Origin: Bacteroidota bacterium
GTDB taxonomy: Bacteria; Bacteroidota; Ignavibacteria; UBA10030
NCBI GenBank assembly: GCA_026416125.1
Contig: JAOAFT010000004.1
Coordinates: 70,448-134,447 of the forward strand
Reading direction: 5' to 3'
Length of the DNA stretch: 64,000 nucleotides
The position numbers and the translations under genes are program-made. Below, piece by piece: positions 61,435 to 64,000 of this stretch (position 1 is its first letter; each line of letters begins with the position of its first letter). Under the pieces are notes generated by a model, which saw only the letters and a program-made list of their open reading frames with translations, was not told the origin of the DNA and ran no database searches.

Positions 61435-62706
61435 TTACGTCTTCTGCTGTTTCTTCTTAGCTGCGGGGAAGAGAATGTTGTTGAGAATGAGGCGGTACCC
61501 AGGGGAATTCTTATGAAGTTTAAGATCAGTTGGGGGGTCACCAACGGCGTGTTGGTAATCTTCTGGATCGTGTCCACCGTACCATGTGAATGTACCACGT
61601 CCATAGTTCCCGTGGATGTAGCGTACCTCTTCTGTCCCTTCGCGCTCTGCAAGAATAGTTACTGTTTTCTTGATGAGTGATTTCCGGAATGCTGTAGTTT
61701 GCCCCATAAATCCGTGGATGATGTTCACGTGATTCTGGGTGAGCATTGTTGGTACGGGATCGTACTTTGCACTGAATTCGAATAACGTGAAGTAGTCTGT
61801 GCTAGGGTCGCGCAGAGGTGTAGGGTCACTTGGAGGTACATCGATGTCGGAATATTCGTACCGAAAAGGATTCGTATCTAGTTTAAAGTTTTCGAAAGCA
61901 AGTGTCTTTGAAAAATCGAGTTTTGCCTGTGCGTTCTGATCAGGAGGATCGCCATCGAACATAATATCACAAATATCAACGTTCTCTGCAGCAAGTGCGA
62001 TATCGTAGCTGTCTGTCGCTGAGCACATTGCAAACATGAAACCACCATTGCCTATGTACTCCTTTATTGCTCGTGCCACTGCTTTCTTTGCTTCAGACAC
62101 TTTCGAAAACCCTAGACGATGTGCTTCTTTCTCATACAACGTCTGTTGTTCAATGTACCATGGAGCATTTCTGTAGTTTGCATAGAATTTTCCGTATTGA
62201 CCGGTGAAATCTTCGTGGTGGAGATGGAGCCAATCATACTCCATGAGTTTACCAGAAAGTACTTCGTGGTCCCATACTTTTGTATAGGGTATTTCTGCAT
62301 ACTCAAGTGCCATCGTTACTGCATCGTCCCATGGTTTGAAGGTTGGCGGTGCGTAGACAGCAATTTTCGGTGCCTTTTCCAGACGAATAGCATCCATGTT
62401 ATTGTCTTCACGTTGAATGTCTGCAGTGAGCGCAGCGGCTTCGGCAGCTGATAGGATTTGAAATGAGACACCTCGAATACGACATTCGGATGCAAGTACT
62501 GAAGAGTAATCTGTGAGAAAAGAACCTCCGCGGTAATTGAGGAGCCACTCAACAATTCCGTTTTTTTCGAGCACCCAGTATGCTATGCCGTAGGCTTTTA
62601 AGTGGTTGGTTTGTGTGAGGTCCATAGGGATGAGAAGCTTTTGTTGAGCACTTGAAATCCACGCTGTTGTAAGGAACATGAGCAATATAGTTACAACTGT
62701 ACGCAT
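61435..62706 (-). CDS. Conserved exported FCB-group protein with class I glutamine-amidotransferase-like fold (often labelled 'asparagine synthetase B')
   Basis: Signal peptide, NHLKAYG, WLHLHHEDFTGQ, FAMCSAT, GGHDPEDY. Confidence 0.75.
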   Translation of the reverse strand: MRTVVTILLMFLTTAWISSAQQKLLIPMDLTQTNHLKAYGIAYWVLEKNGIVEWLLNYRGGSFLTDYSSVLASECRIRGVSFQILSAAEAAALTADIQREDNNMDAIRLEKAPKIAVYAPPTFKPWDDAVTMALEYAEIPYTKVWDHEVLSGKLMEYDWLHLHHEDFTGQYGKFYANYRNAPWYIEQQTLYEKEAHRLGFSKVSEAKKAVARAIKEYIGNGGFMFAMCSATDSYDIALAAENVDICDIMFDGDPPDQNAQAKLDFSKTLAFENFKLDTNPFRYEYSDIDVPPSDPTPLRDPSTDYFTLFEFSAKYDPVPTMLTQNHVNIIHGFMGQTTAFRKSLIKKTVTILAEREGTEEVRYIHGNYGRGTFTWYGGHDPEDYQHAVGDPPTDLKLHKNSPGYRLILNNILFPAAKKKQQKT

Positions 62707-62715
62707 AGATCACTG

Positions 62716-63582
62716 TTATGATAAGTGGCGGAGAATAAAAAATCCACCAGCGATAATACAAGCAGCACCAATCAGTTTTTGGAAAAGACGTTCTTCCTTG
62801 AAAAAGGTTCCTCCAATGAACGAAGCATAAAAAATCGATGTACGTTTAACCGCAAGCACAAGGGCAATCGGTGCTCGCTGGGTTGCTTCGAGTTGGAAGG
62901 TACGGTAGGCAAAGGTGAATAATGCTACCGCCAGTATAAAGAAAAAGACACTTGAATATGTTGTAAGAGAAAGACGAGTTTTTCGAATTAGCATAACAAT
63001 TCCAAAAACGATTGTATAAACAACGTGCTGAATAAAGAGGACAACATTAGGATGAGTAGGTGTTTTGACTAAGAGAAAACGATCGGCAACAGAAGAGAGT
63101 GCAAAGAGGAGTATTGCACCGACGATAGCTCCATGTGTATGTGATGTACGGAGCGTAGTGAATAGTGGTGTGTGTGGTCGTTTCTCTACAATGTAGGTCC
63201 CCACCATAATACACCCAATACCGACGAGTTCTTGTCCATTGAGAGTTTCATGGAGGAGTACAAAAGCAATGAGTGCAGTGACTGCAGGTGTTGCCCCAAG
63301 GAGCGGTAGGGCACTACTCAATTCGTTCTGCTCGATGGCAATCATAACGAGTAAGAATGCACAAGCGCCAAGGATACTCTTTAGAATAAGGAGTGCAAGA
63401 GAGGAGAGAGTGAGTGATGACAAAGGATATGCAAATGGTATCCAAACGGAGATCACTGTGATGACGAGTGAAAGAATTAGTGAAAACTCAAGTGCTGGGA
63501 GGGAAAAGAGCACTTTCTTTTGCATCACTGCTGCAGCAGCAGAGAACAGAGCAGAAGCCGTTGCTAACCAAAACCATTCCAT
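62716..63582 (-). CDS. EamA/DMT-family transporter
   Basis: About 10 TM segments in two EamA-like halves (LLHETL, FFKEE). Confidence 0.88.
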   Translation of the reverse strand: MEWFWLATASALFSAAAAVMQKKVLFSLPALEFSLILSLVITVISVWIPFAYPLSSLTLSSLALLILKSILGACAFLLVMIAIEQNELSSALPLLGATPAVTALIAFVLLHETLNGQELVGIGCIMVGTYIVEKRPHTPLFTTLRTSHTHGAIVGAILLFALSSVADRFLLVKTPTHPNVVLFIQHVVYTIVFGIVMLIRKTRLSLTTYSSVFFFILAVALFTFAYRTFQLEATQRAPIALVLAVKRTSIFYASFIGGTFFKEERLFQKLIGAACIIAGGFFILRHLS

Positions 63583-63590
63583 ACAAATCC

Positions 63591-64000
63591 CTATTGCTCA
63601 ATTGAAAGAGAACACCACACATTTCTACCCGGCTCAAGTTTTACTAATCGGAGTGTAGACAAGTGATGGATGTAGGCTCTGTTGAAGAGGTTTTGAATTC
63701 CACACCGTAGTGTCCATCTAGTCGAGAAAAAGTTAAACACGTTGCTCTTATAGGAGACATGGACAAGAGCGTACCCGGCAGTTCGTGTTTCGCCAGCAGT
63801 ACGCGAAGCTGTATAGTTCTGAGAAGCTACTCCTTCCCATTCAAGTGAGAGAGTACCATACTTTACATCCATGTACTGAGTACTAAGTGTTGCTTTGAGA
63901 GGCGGAATTTGTGGTAAGTTTGTTTTGTGCGTAAAATCTTCGCCACGTGTGTAGCTAACAGTTGATTGGAAGAGTACCGTTGGAACTGGTGTGTACTTTG
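63591..64000 (-). CDS. TonB-dependent receptor, C-terminal part (runs off window)
   Basis: Frame is open to the edge: SYTRGED, LPQIPPL, ETRTAGY, GIQNLFNRAY, EPGRN. Confidence 0.85.
   Translation of the reverse strand, partial: KYTPVPTVLFQSTVSYTRGEDFTHKTNLPQIPPLKATLSTQYMDVKYGTLSLEWEGVASQNYTASRTAGETRTAGYALVHVSYKSNVFNFFSTRWTLRCGIQNLFNRAYIHHLSTLRLVKLEPGRNVWCSLSIEQ

Noticed and set aside
1-64000. CRISPR array, tRNA, rRNA, integrase or transposase
   Set aside because: No regularly spaced repeats, cloverleaf or T-loop signatures, or recombinase motifs were seen in the intergenic regions or ORFs (visual inspection only).

Overview
Bacterial chromosomal segment, most likely from the FCB group (Ignavibacteria/Chlorobi-like Bacteroidota). 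This is inferred from the fused lpxC-fabZ, tandem skp/ompH genes, a HYC_CC_PP-HMA-TonB receptor locus and the use of Shine-Dalgarno sites. Most of the window is housekeeping: murA, nadE, a MacAB-like exporter, ferritin, nth, a LonC-type protease, folE, ldh, rsgA, cysE-cysK, the uppS-bamA-skp-skp-lpxD-lpxC/fabZ-lpxA cluster, panB, surE and mutS. There are three AT-richer islets: a terB-like gene, a collagen-stalk lipoprotein, and a collapsed defence island at 58.2-61.3 kb holding remnants of radC, a UvrD-nuclease, a sacsin-like GHKL ATPase and a type III-like restriction subunit. The best candidates for undescribed biology are: (i) an intact ~950-aa Upf1/DNA2-like helicase with its catalytic motifs substituted (putative pseudo-helicase); (ii) a Cys-rich leader ORF plus a nested RNA structure ahead of a metal chaperone and TonB receptor; (iii) a kinase-less TPR / coiled-coil-receiver pair with tandem ENT/TerB-like repeats; (iv) a partnerless HerA ATPase behind a GAF-PP2C phosphatase. 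I saw no tRNA, rRNA, CRISPR array or intact transposase. All family calls come from motifs recognised by eye, not from database searches.
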